From positions 1 to 36,519 of the forward strand of contig CANGVZ010000001.1 of the NCBI GenBank assembly GCA_947457285.1: DNA of 36,519 bases. The letters run 5' to 3'. The notes beneath the pieces are model-generated. The model made no database searches, was not told the origin of the DNA, and worked only from the letters and a program-made list of their open reading frames with translations. The position numbers and the translations under genes are program-made. The number at the start of each line of letters is the position of its first letter. The first letter of the stretch is position 1. Shown here in pieces: positions 1 through 9,488 of this stretch. Source of the stretch: Flavobacteriales bacterium. GTDB lineage: Bacteria > Bacteroidota > Bacteroidia > Flavobacteriales_D > Sanyastnellaceae.

Positions 1-12
1 AGCTATCGGGAC

Positions 13-60
13 TTTCAATCTCCCAATCTCCCAATCTCCCAATCTTTCAATCTCTCAATC
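13..60. repeat. Imperfect 8-bp tandem repeat, 6 units (TTTCAATC, TCCCAATC x3, TTTCAATC, TCTCAATC)
   Basis: Read directly from the sequence. A C-run follows at 63-68. The array lies about 235 nt upstream of the ATG at 296. Confidence 0.85.
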
Positions 61-295
61 TTCCCCCCGCCCCTCTTGTTTTGTACACATTTTTTCCCCA
101 TATTTGTCTGTTCGTTAGTGTATTAATTACACCTCGACTTCTATTGTCGTGCAGAACACTTGAAAAGTAACCAAACCAAACAAATTCAACATGAGAGTTT
201 CTTCTCTCCTTAGCCTCACGAGGCTTGTAGCGCCGACTGCCCTAACCAGTGCTGCGTTTCATTCTATTTTTTTTCAAAATTATTTTTATAAAAAA

Positions 296-3200
296 ATGAA
301 GCTCGCCACCGCGACGATTGCCGCTTTTGTGGTGATGATTTTAGCCCCAACATACAACTGGGCTCAAATCAACATGACCACTACAAGTTCGAATACTCAG
401 AACTTTAACACTTTGGCCAATACAGGCACCGGAATAACCTGGACAAATAATAGCACAATTGCAAATTGGTATTCGCAAAGAACAGGAACGGGCACGACCT
501 ACAGCGCTGACGCGGGAACCAGCTCAGCAGGCGGATTATACAGTTTTGGGACTGGAACTAATACAGACAGAGCTTTAGGAACACTTGGTTCTGGAAATGC
601 CGCAGCAGGCAGCTTTGCTCACGGAGTCTTGCTACGCAATACCTCGGGTTCTGCAATAACATCAATGCAAATAACTTATACACTTGAGCAATGGAGAGTT
701 AATAATAACTCAACCCCGAACACCATAACTGTCTGGTACCAAACGAGTTCAAGTGTTATTTCATCGCTTAATCCTAACAGTAACGCTAGTTGGGTTCAAG
801 TCACAGCTGCGTCTTTGTCAAGTCCAATTAATAATGGTACTACAGCATCCTTGGATGGCAATGCGGCTGCGAATAGGGTTACAGCAACTAACGTTACCAT
901 TCCAGGATTAAACCTTGCGAACAATGATTACATTATGATCAAGTTTGAAGACCCCGACCATGGCGGGAATGATCATAGTCTAGGTATTGACGATGTGACT
1001 ATTGCATGGACAGCAGGCACACCTCCCCCCGTCCAAAACGGCACCATCGGCACGAATGAGTATGGCACGCACACCAATGGCGCGAACCAAAATGATAACG
1101 GAGGAGTTGTGACCTATGTAACATGGGACGCAACTAACCTTTATGTGGCAATATCTGGAGGCGGAAATGCCGACGGCCATGTATTTTATCTAGACAGAAA
1201 CCCTTCTATTCCTGTAAACGGCGGAACAAATGCCGACGGAACGAATGTCGGCTTTAACTATGACAATACAAGCTTCGCTGAGCTTCCATTTAGAGCAGAC
1301 CTTGTTGCCTATGTCAAAAGTGGCTATCGGGAATATCGTATTGCAAACGGCAGTAATGGTTGGTCAACCACCCCCGTTCAAAACTGGAGTGGGTATGGAG
1401 AAACCAACGGGTCTCCCAACGTAAGAGAATATCTCATTCCTTGGTCTGCTGTTGGAGGTGCGCCCACATCTGGATTCAACTTTTTCTGCTATTTGGTGAA
1501 CGGGTCCTCATCTGTATACGGCGAACAACCAACAGAAAATGGCCAAGGTAATATTGGCACAGGAGCACGCTATGAACGATACTTCAATGTAACTGACGCA
1601 ACCGTTGGCACTGGCACACCTCCATTCAGCCGCAACTGCTACGTTTTCAATAGCGGAGCAGACATCAACGATTTTGGTGGTATCGCTGTGTGGGATTTTA
1701 CCATGAACACCAGCGGTCGTCAGATTGCGCGTCAAGGAACGGGTGCTTGGACCATTGGCGGAACACTGCGCGTCAATAATGGTACTGTATTCTTCGGTAG
1801 CGGCGGCTCGTATGGTGCTACAACAGTGGCCAATGTAGCCATTACAGGGGGTTCGCTCAATATGGACCAAACCAACCAAGCCATGAATGTCACCGGAAAC
1901 CTCGTACAAACGGGCGGTACATTCTTCCTATCAGGCACATCAGGTGGTGATGTCAATATTCAAGGTAACTGGACGCGCGATGGTGGAACCTTCACCAACA
2001 ACGCTCGAGCAGTTACATTCAACGGCACGGGCGCTCAATCAATCGGAGGTTCTGTTTCAACAGATTTCGGGTTTTTAACCATTAATAAAACTATTGGTGC
2101 TGTAACGCTCAACAGAAGCACGACCGTAGCAAACCGCTTGAATCTCAATGGCGGTAACATTATCACCTCAGCAACAAACACTCTCACCATCACCAACACA
2201 GCAGTAAACAGTGTAGGCGGCAGCAGCACCACCTCTTATGTAGATGGTCCTCTCATTCGCAATCTACCCGCAAACTTGACTGCTGGTTCTTTATATCTTT
2301 TCCCAGTAGGTAAAGGGGGCGTCTTCCTTCCATTCACATTGGGCGATCCTACTTCCGGTGCTATTGCTCCGGCTATCACTGTGGAGGCATTTAATACAAA
2401 TGCAGGAGGAACAGCAGGCGTTGGAATTTCATCGCTATCCACTACAGAATATTGGAGAGCATCCTTCACGGGCAATTACACTGGAGGAACCATAAGTCTT
2501 CAAAGACAAAGCGCACTGGGCACTCTCAACGTCATTGGTCGCAGCGCAACGGTGAATGGCACCTATGCAAAGCTCAACGGAACGGTATCGGGCACGTCGG
2601 TAATCAACTCTGACAATACAGGCGCATCGCTTGGTTTCTTCACATTCGGAGTGAATGTTCCTGCGCCTACCATCACCTCATTGGGCAGCACCTCTGGTTG
2701 TCCCGGCGATCAATTAGTAATCAATGGTACCAACCTCACGGGCGCAAGTGCAGCGAACACCACTATCGGTGGAACACCCGTAGCATCCATTGTTTCAAAC
2801 ACAGGAACTGTCCTCACTGTAGTAGTTGGTGCCGGCACCACCGGAACAGTAGCGGTCATCATCGCTGGTCAGACAGGCACTTCCGCTGCAAGTTACACTG
2901 TAAATCCAACTCCTGCCAACCCTGGCAATCCAATCAGCGATAGCCCCCAATGCGCTACACCTGGAGTAACATTGACAAGAACTGGTACTCCTCCTGGCGG
3001 CGAAACATGGTACTGGCAAACATCGCCAACAGGAACCTCTACTGCCAATAGCGGTGCAACATTCAACGTCACCACTTCAGGCACCTACTACATCCGTGCA
3101 CAAGGCGCAGGTGGTTGTTGGAGCCTTGGATCTGGCAGTGTTACTGTAGTGGTAAACAATGTACCTGCTGCGGCAACAACCCCAACACCAGCCAACAACG

Positions 3201-6200
3201 CCACCAACGTGTGTTACGCCGGAGGCGGCACTGTTAATAGCGTATCTTGGGCTGCAGTCGCGGGTGCTACATCTTACGATGTATACTTCGGTGCAGGATC
3301 TTTACCAGGAACGGTTACAGCCAACGTCACCACCAATACCTACAGCACCGGCACACTCAGCGCGTCTACTACTTACTTCTGGCAAGTAGTAGCCAAAAAT
3401 GCTTGTGGTGATGCAGTGGGTTCTACTACATGGCAATTCACCACCGCGGCATCTGCGTGCGGATTGACATATTGCACACCGACGTATGCGAGTAGTTTCT
3501 CTGGTGACTTTGTGTCGCAAGTAACCTTGGGAACACTTTCACAAGCCACGGCCAGCGCAACTCCCGCTTATATCAACTATACAACTACGCAAAACGCAAT
3601 ACCCAATTTATCTCAGCTAGGTACATTTAACCTCAGTCTTACATTTGGCAACGATGCAAATCAATTCAGCGGTGTATGGATTGACTTCAACCAAAATGGA
3701 ACATTTGAAACAACTGAATTCTTTGCTGGTGGAAATACGGGGGCAAATGGAACGATTATCATTCCCATCACTATACCAATTGGTGCGTCCCTAGGAATCA
3801 CCACCATGCGTATTCGCGGAGGCGAAGATGTAGCATTGCTCAGCAGTCAGGCGTGTGGCGCAAGTTCAGACGATACTGGACAAGCTCAAGACTATTTGGT
3901 AAATATTCTTGTTCCACAACCAACACTTGCTGTAACCCCTGCTAGCCTTGGATTTGGAAACGTTCAAAACGGATCAAGCTCAACCGAACAAACATTCGGT
4001 TTGAGTGGATTTGCATTCTCTCCTTCATCTGGTGATATTACCGTAACTGCACCAACTGGATATCAGGTATCCCTCACTTCTGGAAGCGGTTTTGCAAACT
4101 CAATCAACGTTCCTTACACAGGTGGAGCATTGAGCAGTACCACCATTTACGTGATTTTCGCACCCAGTGCTGCAGATCAAATATTCAGCGGCAATATTGT
4201 GTGCTCGGGTGGTGGCGCCTCTTCTGTAAACGTTGCCCTCACAGGCAATTCTTACATTGCGTCTACAGTGCTCTTTGATAACTTCAACAGAGCTGACAAC
4301 AATACTGTTGGTATTCCATCCATTGGAGGCACACAAGCCTGGAATGAAATAGAATTTGGCGGAGAAACCTTCAGAGCTCGCGTTCAAAATAACATGCTTC
4401 GACTGCATGGATGTACAACCACAGGCGCAGGCACCGCTGGGGTAGGTCCTGAACAAGTGTCATTCAATGCAAACGGATATTACCCAACGACATTTAGTAC
4501 GGCGAATACTACTCTGACGTGGAGATTTAACATGCGTCAGCCTAGACCTGACCCAGCAGGATTCGGTTCTGGCAACTATGGCGTAGCGTTCGTTATCGGA
4601 TCCGATGAAAGCAATTTCCGCAGCTCTACGGCTGACGGTTATGCCATAATTATTGGTAATACTGGTCCATCTGACCCTGTAAAACTTGTAAGATTCTCAA
4701 GTGGTCTAAACGGTAACTCGACCACTTTCGTAAATGATATTGTCGCTTCGGCTTCTACTATTGCGAATAATTATTACAGCATTGTAGTTTCGCTCAACAC
4801 TTGCACGGGCGTATGGTCGCTACAAGTTAGAGATGATGGTACTACAGCATTTGCAGATCCCGCTACTGGATCTTACGGGGCTGCAGTAACTGCAACTAAC
4901 ACTACTTATACCAACGTTAGTCTTCCGTTTTTCGGCGCGTTGTGGTTGCACAATTCTTCATGCGATGAATTCGCACTGTTTGATAATATCACAATCCCAA
5001 CCGGCGCGCGCCCTGCTGTTGGGCCAATCACAGGAACTGCCACTGCGTGTGCAGGTGCTACTGGGTTGACCTATTCGATTCCGGCCGTGGCCGGTGCCAC
5101 TACCTATGCATGGACAGTGCCAACAGGATGGAATATCACCGCGGGAGGAAGTACCAATAGCATTACCGTAACCGCTGGAAGCGCTGGACAAAACGGCAAC
5201 ATCCAAGTAACAGCAAGCAACTCATGCGGCACTCTTGGAACTTCCGCAGCATTTGCAGTAACAACCCTTGCCAACAACCCTGTAAGCGTTAGCATTGCAT
5301 CAAGCCCCGCATCTCCTATTTGCGCGGGAACAGAAGTAACATTCACTGCAACGCCAACAAATGGAGGTACATCGCCAACGTACGCCTGGACTGTGAATGG
5401 CTCGCCAGCAAGCACCAACAGCGCGACATTCGTTACAACATCGTTAACGAATAATAGTAACATTCAAGTGACATTGACGAGCGATATCGCTTGTGCAACG
5501 GGCAATCCAGCAGCAAGCAATATCATCAACTATACTGTAAACCCAATTTTGACACCATCTGTGAGCATCGTTGCTTCACCATCGAACAACGTATGCGTAG
5601 GAGATTTGGTAACGTTTACAGCAACCCCGACTAACGGCGGTTCTACACCTTCTTACGCATGGTTCGTGAATGGTACTCCCGTTGGAACAAACAGCCCAAC
5701 GTTCTCGAGTTCAACGCTCGTGAGCACAGATATCGTAAGTGTCGAATTAACGAGCAATGCGCTATGTACCAGCACGAACACTGCATTGAGCAACAACATC
5801 ACAATGACAGTAAACCCGCTCATCGCACCATCGGTTACGATTGCAGCCAATACACCTTCACCAATCTGTGCGGGCACCTCGGTGACATTCACTGCTACGC
5901 CAACCAATGGTGGCGCGGCGCCTAGCTATGCTTGGTTTATCAACGCCACCCCAGCAGGTACCAATAGCGCTACTTTCACCACCACCACTCTCGCCAATGG
6001 CGATGTAGTTTCGGTGCAAATGACAAGCAATGCGGTATGTCCATCGCCTACTACAGTAACAAGCAATACCATTGCCTACACCGTTACTGCAGCACCTACT
6101 TGGTATCAAGACGTTGACTTCGATGGTTATAGCACTGGTGTAACACAAGTTTCATGCAGTCAGCCAACAGGCTTCAGACTACCCGGTGATCTTGCGTCTA

Positions 6201-7855
6201 TAACGCTGATTGATTGTAACGACAACAATGATGACATCAACCCTGGTCAAGAGGAATTCTGTAACGGAATCGACGACGATTGCGACACCTTCGTTGATGA
6301 AGGGTTGCTCAATCTTACATACTACCGCGACCAAGATGGTGATGGCTTCGGTAATCCATCTATCACTCAAGTGGGATGCACACAACCTAGTGGGTTCGTT
6401 CTCAACAACACCGATTGTAATGACGCTAATGCCAACGTTTACCCTGGCATCACAGAAGCTTGTAACGGCATCGACGATGACTGCGACACGGTGATAGATG
6501 AAGGTTGCGGCGCCATCAACGACGAGCTCTTCACTGCACTCATTGCCACTCAGCAAAACTATGGCTCTTGTACAGGAGTGAACGGTTCACTCGCAGGTGC
6601 GTTTGCAAGCACGCAAGGCGGGGTTACCTGTCCTACCGGTGAAGACGTTTGGTATTACTTCGAAGCGCAGACCACTGCAGTAAGCATTCTTTGCAACTCT
6701 TCCGTAAACAACATAGTAATTGAGCTACACGACGAAAATGGCAACATCATTACTTCAGAAAATGCTGTTGCAGGAATCGGCAACGAACGTCTCAACCACG
6801 TCGGCCTTACAATTGGAATCTCGTATTATATCCGCATTAGAAACTTTAATAGCACTGTATCAGTGGGCGGACCTTTCCAGTTGTGCGTTCAGCGTATTCG
6901 CGCATCAAAATGCGACATCCTAACGTCACCTACAAATCCAATCAATCCTTGCGCTGCCTTTAAAGCAGACTACACTGCTGCCAATCAATACATCTTCAAT
7001 ATTGGTAGCATTGTATTCAGCAACGGACTCTCTACAGGCTTCGCCAATTCTTGGATTCAGCTAGCTTCTATTCCACAATTGCAATACGGACAAGTGTATA
7101 CAGTAACAGTAGACGCTGTGTATTTGCTTCCTAATGCGGCTGGACAGATTGAAACCATCACTGTTCCTGGATTTGAAACATGTCAACTTCACGTTGCTGC
7201 GCAGCCGTCGCTTGGATTTAGAGCAGCCGATGCGTGTCCAAATCAAAAGACCCGAAACAACATCATTCGCGCCGAGCCCAGAATTTGTTCATCAGTGGTT
7301 GACTACGAATGGGAGTTTACACAAACCTTCCCAACGCCTAGCTTACCACAAACCCACTTGCGCGGTGCTAATGATAGAAACCTCCGTTTGAGCATGGTTC
7401 CATTCATCCTCAACGGTGCTGAGTATAGCGTCCGCATCAGACCAATCTTTGCGGGCAATATACCTGGTAGCTGGAGTACCACATCTACCTGTTTGAGAAT
7501 GGCGGGATCATTAGGAATGACCGCGTCTAAGGACGATGCTATCACAGAGTTTGTTGACCGCGATTGGAGAATGGATGTAGAAGAAACGGAAGGTTTCCAG
7601 CCAAATATTTTCCCAAATCCAAACAATGGAGAGGCTGTAACGCTTTCGGTAACTGGCGCACCAAGCGGCACGTTGATGGTCAATATCACCGATGCTACCG
7701 GACGCACCGTATCTACATTGCAATATCAAATCGAGCAACACCATTTCTCCACACAACTTGAATTACTTCAAGAAATCAATGCTGGAATCTACTTTGTAGA
7801 AATCATTGCATCTGATAACCGAAGAGAAGTATTGAGGGTGATTGTGCAGAAATAA
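296..7855 (+). CDS. Giant (2519 aa) secreted multidomain cell-surface/adhesin-like protein with a T9SS type A C-terminal sorting domain
   Basis: Uninterrupted ORF 191-7855. The ATG at 296 gives MKLATATIAAFVVMILAPTYNWAQ, a classical signal peptide, so it is preferred over 191. Motifs recognised by eye: IPT/TIG-like (PTITSLGSTSGCPGDQLVINGTNLTG); Fn3-like (SWAAVAGATSYDVYFG); GEVED-like (TTMRIRGGED...QAQDYLVNI); PKD-like (YAWTVPTGWNITAGG...VTASNSCG); three Cys-containing Ig-like repeats; two MopE-like Cys/Asp motifs. The C-terminal ~80 aa (FPNPNNGEAVTLSV...GIYFVEIIASDNRREVLRVIVQK) match the Por secretion tail pattern. Confidence 0.92.
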   Translation: MKLATATIAAFVVMILAPTYNWAQINMTTTSSNTQNFNTLANTGTGITWTNNSTIANWYSQRTGTGTTYSADAGTSSAGGLYSFGTGTNTDRALGTLGSGNAAAGSFAHGVLLRNTSGSAITSMQITYTLEQWRVNNNSTPNTITVWYQTSSSVISSLNPNSNASWVQVTAASLSSPINNGTTASLDGNAAANRVTATNVTIPGLNLANNDYIMIKFEDPDHGGNDHSLGIDDVTIAWTAGTPPPVQNGTIGTNEYGTHTNGANQNDNGGVVTYVTWDATNLYVAISGGGNADGHVFYLDRNPSIPVNGGTNADGTNVGFNYDNTSFAELPFRADLVAYVKSGYREYRIANGSNGWSTTPVQNWSGYGETNGSPNVREYLIPWSAVGGAPTSGFNFFCYLVNGSSSVYGEQPTENGQGNIGTGARYERYFNVTDATVGTGTPPFSRNCYVFNSGADINDFGGIAVWDFTMNTSGRQIARQGTGAWTIGGTLRVNNGTVFFGSGGSYGATTVANVAITGGSLNMDQTNQAMNVTGNLVQTGGTFFLSGTSGGDVNIQGNWTRDGGTFTNNARAVTFNGTGAQSIGGSVSTDFGFLTINKTIGAVTLNRSTTVANRLNLNGGNIITSATNTLTITNTAVNSVGGSSTTSYVDGPLIRNLPANLTAGSLYLFPVGKGGVFLPFTLGDPTSGAIAPAITVEAFNTNAGGTAGVGISSLSTTEYWRASFTGNYTGGTISLQRQSALGTLNVIGRSATVNGTYAKLNGTVSGTSVINSDNTGASLGFFTFGVNVPAPTITSLGSTSGCPGDQLVINGTNLTGASAANTTIGGTPVASIVSNTGTVLTVVVGAGTTGTVAVIIAGQTGTSAASYTVNPTPANPGNPISDSPQCATPGVTLTRTGTPPGGETWYWQTSPTGTSTANSGATFNVTTSGTYYIRAQGAGGCWSLGSGSVTVVVNNVPAAATTPTPANNATNVCYAGGGTVNSVSWAAVAGATSYDVYFGAGSLPGTVTANVTTNTYSTGTLSASTTYFWQVVAKNACGDAVGSTTWQFTTAASACGLTYCTPTYASSFSGDFVSQVTLGTLSQATASATPAYINYTTTQNAIPNLSQLGTFNLSLTFGNDANQFSGVWIDFNQNGTFETTEFFAGGNTGANGTIIIPITIPIGASLGITTMRIRGGEDVALLSSQACGASSDDTGQAQDYLVNILVPQPTLAVTPASLGFGNVQNGSSSTEQTFGLSGFAFSPSSGDITVTAPTGYQVSLTSGSGFANSINVPYTGGALSSTTIYVIFAPSAADQIFSGNIVCSGGGASSVNVALTGNSYIASTVLFDNFNRADNNTVGIPSIGGTQAWNEIEFGGETFRARVQNNMLRLHGCTTTGAGTAGVGPEQVSFNANGYYPTTFSTANTTLTWRFNMRQPRPDPAGFGSGNYGVAFVIGSDESNFRSSTADGYAIIIGNTGPSDPVKLVRFSSGLNGNSTTFVNDIVASASTIANNYYSIVVSLNTCTGVWSLQVRDDGTTAFADPATGSYGAAVTATNTTYTNVSLPFFGALWLHNSSCDEFALFDNITIPTGARPAVGPITGTATACAGATGLTYSIPAVAGATTYAWTVPTGWNITAGGSTNSITVTAGSAGQNGNIQVTASNSCGTLGTSAAFAVTTLANNPVSVSIASSPASPICAGTEVTFTATPTNGGTSPTYAWTVNGSPASTNSATFVTTSLTNNSNIQVTLTSDIACATGNPAASNIINYTVNPILTPSVSIVASPSNNVCVGDLVTFTATPTNGGSTPSYAWFVNGTPVGTNSPTFSSSTLVSTDIVSVELTSNALCTSTNTALSNNITMTVNPLIAPSVTIAANTPSPICAGTSVTFTATPTNGGAAPSYAWFINATPAGTNSATFTTTTLANGDVVSVQMTSNAVCPSPTTVTSNTIAYTVTAAPTWYQDVDFDGYSTGVTQVSCSQPTGFRLPGDLASITLIDCNDNNDDINPGQEEFCNGIDDDCDTFVDEGLLNLTYYRDQDGDGFGNPSITQVGCTQPSGFVLNNTDCNDANANVYPGITEACNGIDDDCDTVIDEGCGAINDELFTALIATQQNYGSCTGVNGSLAGAFASTQGGVTCPTGEDVWYYFEAQTTAVSILCNSSVNNIVIELHDENGNIITSENAVAGIGNERLNHVGLTIGISYYIRIRNFNSTVSVGGPFQLCVQRIRASKCDILTSPTNPINPCAAFKADYTAANQYIFNIGSIVFSNGLSTGFANSWIQLASIPQLQYGQVYTVTVDAVYLLPNAAGQIETITVPGFETCQLHVAAQPSLGFRAADACPNQKTRNNIIRAEPRICSSVVDYEWEFTQTFPTPSLPQTHLRGANDRNLRLSMVPFILNGAEYSVRIRPIFAGNIPGSWSTTSTCLRMAGSLGMTASKDDAITEFVDRDWRMDVEETEGFQPNIFPNPNNGEAVTLSVTGAPSGTLMVNITDATGRTVSTLQYQIEQHHFSTQLELLQEINAGIYFVEIIASDNRREVLRVIVQK
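5276..6090 (+). repeat. Three in-frame tandem repeats (88, 91 and ~90 aa) inside the giant CDS
   Basis: Units start at 5276, 5540 and 5813. Shared pattern: NPxxxPSVSI...C.G..VTFTATPTNGG..P.YAW..NG.....NS.TF....L......V..TS...C. Confidence 0.85.
6212..6505 (+). other. Two MopE-like Cys/Asp-rich putative metal-binding motifs (6212-6304 and 6413-6505)
   Basis: DCNDNNDDINPGQEEFCNGIDDDCDTFVDEG and DCNDANANVYPGITEACNGIDDDCDTVIDEG. This is the DCxDxxxxxxPGxxExCNGxDDDCD pattern of the putative metal-binding (MopE-type) motif. Confidence 0.7.
7603..7852 (+). other. T9SS type A C-terminal sorting domain of the giant protein
   Basis: NIFPNPNNGEAVTLSVTGAPSGTLMVNITDATGRTVSTLQYQ...AGIYFVEIIASDNRREVLRVIVQK. 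This shows the typical (Y/F)PNP...V.I.D..GR.V...G.Y pattern at the extreme C-terminus. Confidence 0.85.
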
Positions 7856-7875
7856 GAAAGAATAATGACACATTG

Positions 7876-7909
7876 AAAAGCTACCGTCGAATGGCGGTAG
7901 CTTTTTTTT
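7876..7909 (+). terminator. Rho-independent terminator downstream of the giant CDS
   Basis: Stem GCTACCG (7880-7886) pairs with CGGTAGC (7895-7901) around an 8-nt loop. It has A/T extensions and is followed by T8 (7902-7909). Confidence 0.85.
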
Positions 7910-7966
7910 ATCTTCGCCGCCGACTAACTCTCAACAAACCGCACGTACATACAGTTAATTAAGCGA

Positions 7967-8692
7967 ATGAAAAAGAAGTTGAGAAGAATAGTTGAAAGCC
8001 TTGTGGGAAGCGTCAATCACAAGTTATTAAATAAGGAGATTATGCCATTAGGAATTGATCTCCAACATGATATTCAAAAAAACACGTCCCTACAGTCTAT
8101 CAAGACCATCTTTGATATAGGCGCAAACGTTGGCCAGACAGCTTTACAGTTTCGTAACATGTTTAAGTTGGGCACAGTCTATTCTTTTGAACCCATATCT
8201 CGCACGTATCAGCAATTAACCACAAATGTTCAGCGTGATCCCGGCATAAAGCCTTACAATATTGGGTTTTCCGATAAATCAGGACGGTTTAAAGTCTTTC
8301 TTCAAAAAGATAGCGGCCTCAATTCTATCAATGAAAAGATCAATACACCCAATGATTCAGGGCAGCACACAGAAGAAATAGCGATTTCAACCGTAGACGA
8401 ATTCTGTAGTACTCACAATATTCAACACATTGACCTTCTAAAGACGGACACCGAGGGCATCGATCTGAAAGTGTTACAGGGCGCTGAAAACCTCATCTCA
8501 AAAGGAAAAATCACCTACATCTTGGTGGAAGTGGGCTTTAATGAAGACAATGCGCGCAATACACCCTTCGAAGATGTGAGAAAACACCTTTATCAGCGAG
8601 GATACAAATTGCGCGGCATTTACGACCAGAGCGATTACTGGAATACAAAAGGAATGGAAACCGCCAACGCGCTCTTCTTCTATCAGCATTAG
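7967..8692 (+). CDS. FkbM-family SAM-dependent methyltransferase
   Basis: 241 aa. FDIGANVGQTALQF (the FkbM-type G-x-G SAM motif), later DLLKTDTEGIDLKVLQGA and YILVEV, all typical of the FkbM methyltransferase family. Confidence 0.8.
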   Translation: MKKKLRRIVESLVGSVNHKLLNKEIMPLGIDLQHDIQKNTSLQSIKTIFDIGANVGQTALQFRNMFKLGTVYSFEPISRTYQQLTTNVQRDPGIKPYNIGFSDKSGRFKVFLQKDSGLNSINEKINTPNDSGQHTEEIAISTVDEFCSTHNIQHIDLLKTDTEGIDLKVLQGAENLISKGKITYILVEVGFNEDNARNTPFEDVRKHLYQRGYKLRGIYDQSDYWNTKGMETANALFFYQH

Positions 8693-8756
8693 TAGGATTT
8701 AGAAAAATCCAAACCGAGCATTTGCTTTTTTTATCTTCGTGCTCGAAATATTTCCT

Positions 8757-9326
8757 ATGAAATCTCAGATTCGACTCCATTTTGAAGAGGCTGCCAAAGT
8801 CTTGAATGATTTTCTTTCTTCAGAAAAAAACATCGACAGCATCGAGAGCGCTGGTGCGCATATGGTTCAGTCATTGAAAAACGGAGGCAAAATTATCTCT
8901 TGCGGCAACGGAGGAAGCATGTGCGATGCGATGCACTTTGCCGAAGAACTCACTGGCCGCTACCGCAACGACCGTCCATCGATTGCAGCGTTGAGCATTT
9001 CCGATCCTTCGCACATGTCGTGTGTGGGCAATGACTATGGATATCAATATGTCTTTTCCAGATACCTGCAAGGTGTGGGCCGCGAAGGCGATGTATTGCT
9101 CGCCATCAGCACAAGTGGTAATAGCGCCAACGTGATTGAAGCCGCAAAAGTCGCCAAAGAAAAAGGAATTATTGTTGTTGGACTCACCGGAAAGGACGGC
9201 GGCAAACTCGCCCCACTATGCGATGTAGAAGTGCGCGTACCCTGGAATGGCTACGCAGATCGCGTGCAAGAGATTCACATCAAAGTCATCCACTCTTTAA
9301 TCGACTATATAGAATCAAATATTTAG
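8757..9326 (+). CDS. gmhA: D-sedoheptulose-7-phosphate isomerase (phosphoheptose isomerase, SIS domain)
   Basis: Near-collinear with E. coli GmhA as I remember it: [27 protein letters not shown]...A.AISD.SH.SCVGND.G....[26 protein letters not shown]...A.EKG...V.LTGKDGGK......[18 protein letters not shown]. The ORF track starts at GTG 8739; ATG 8757 ([11 protein letters not shown]) is preferred. Confidence 0.93.
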   Translation: MKSQIRLHFEEAAKVLNDFLSSEKNIDSIESAGAHMVQSLKNGGKIISCGNGGSMCDAMHFAEELTGRYRNDRPSIAALSISDPSHMSCVGNDYGYQYVFSRYLQGVGREGDVLLAISTSGNSANVIEAAKVAKEKGIIVVGLTGKDGGKLAPLCDVEVRVPWNGYADRVQEIHIKVIHSLIDYIESNI

Positions 9327-9331
9327 AAATA

Positions 9332-9364
9332 AGAAACCCGAACGAATGTTCGGGTTTCTTTTTA
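9332..9364 (+). terminator. Rho-independent terminator after gmhA
   Basis: AGAAACCCGAAC (9332-9343), loop GAAT, GTTCGGGTTTCT (9348-9359), overlapping into a T-run ending near 9363. Confidence 0.88.
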
Positions 9365-9488
9365 AAGATTTGGTACGAATATCATATTCGTATATCCCAT
9401 AAAATATTCCATGCATACAACCGAATAAACATTCGGTTTTATGCGTGAAATGTTGCCACATCTTCGCATCAATCAAACGAAGAAGAAG

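Noticed and set aside
191-295. N-terminal extensions in the ORF track (191 vs 296; also 8739 vs 8757, 9441 vs 9489, 14851 vs 14944, 19366 vs 19411, 34133 vs 33983, 34434 vs 34410)
   Set aside because: In each case an internal ATG yields a canonical signal peptide or family-typical N-terminus. It also removes overlap with the upstream gene, so the shorter models were used.
980-7756. Antisense or alternate-frame ORFs inside the type A giant gene (e.g. 1508-1909 minus, 5104-5463 minus, 6179-6556 minus, 7303-7707 minus)
   Set aside because: They are fully nested in a 7.6-kb ORF with clear domain content, and none has motifs of its own.
8693-8756. Possible terminator between the FkbM gene and gmhA (GGATTT-AGAA-AAATCC, then a T7 run at about 8725-8731)
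   Set aside because: The AT-only 6-bp stem is separated from the T-run by about 13 nt. It is too weak to call, and the two genes may be co-transcribed.
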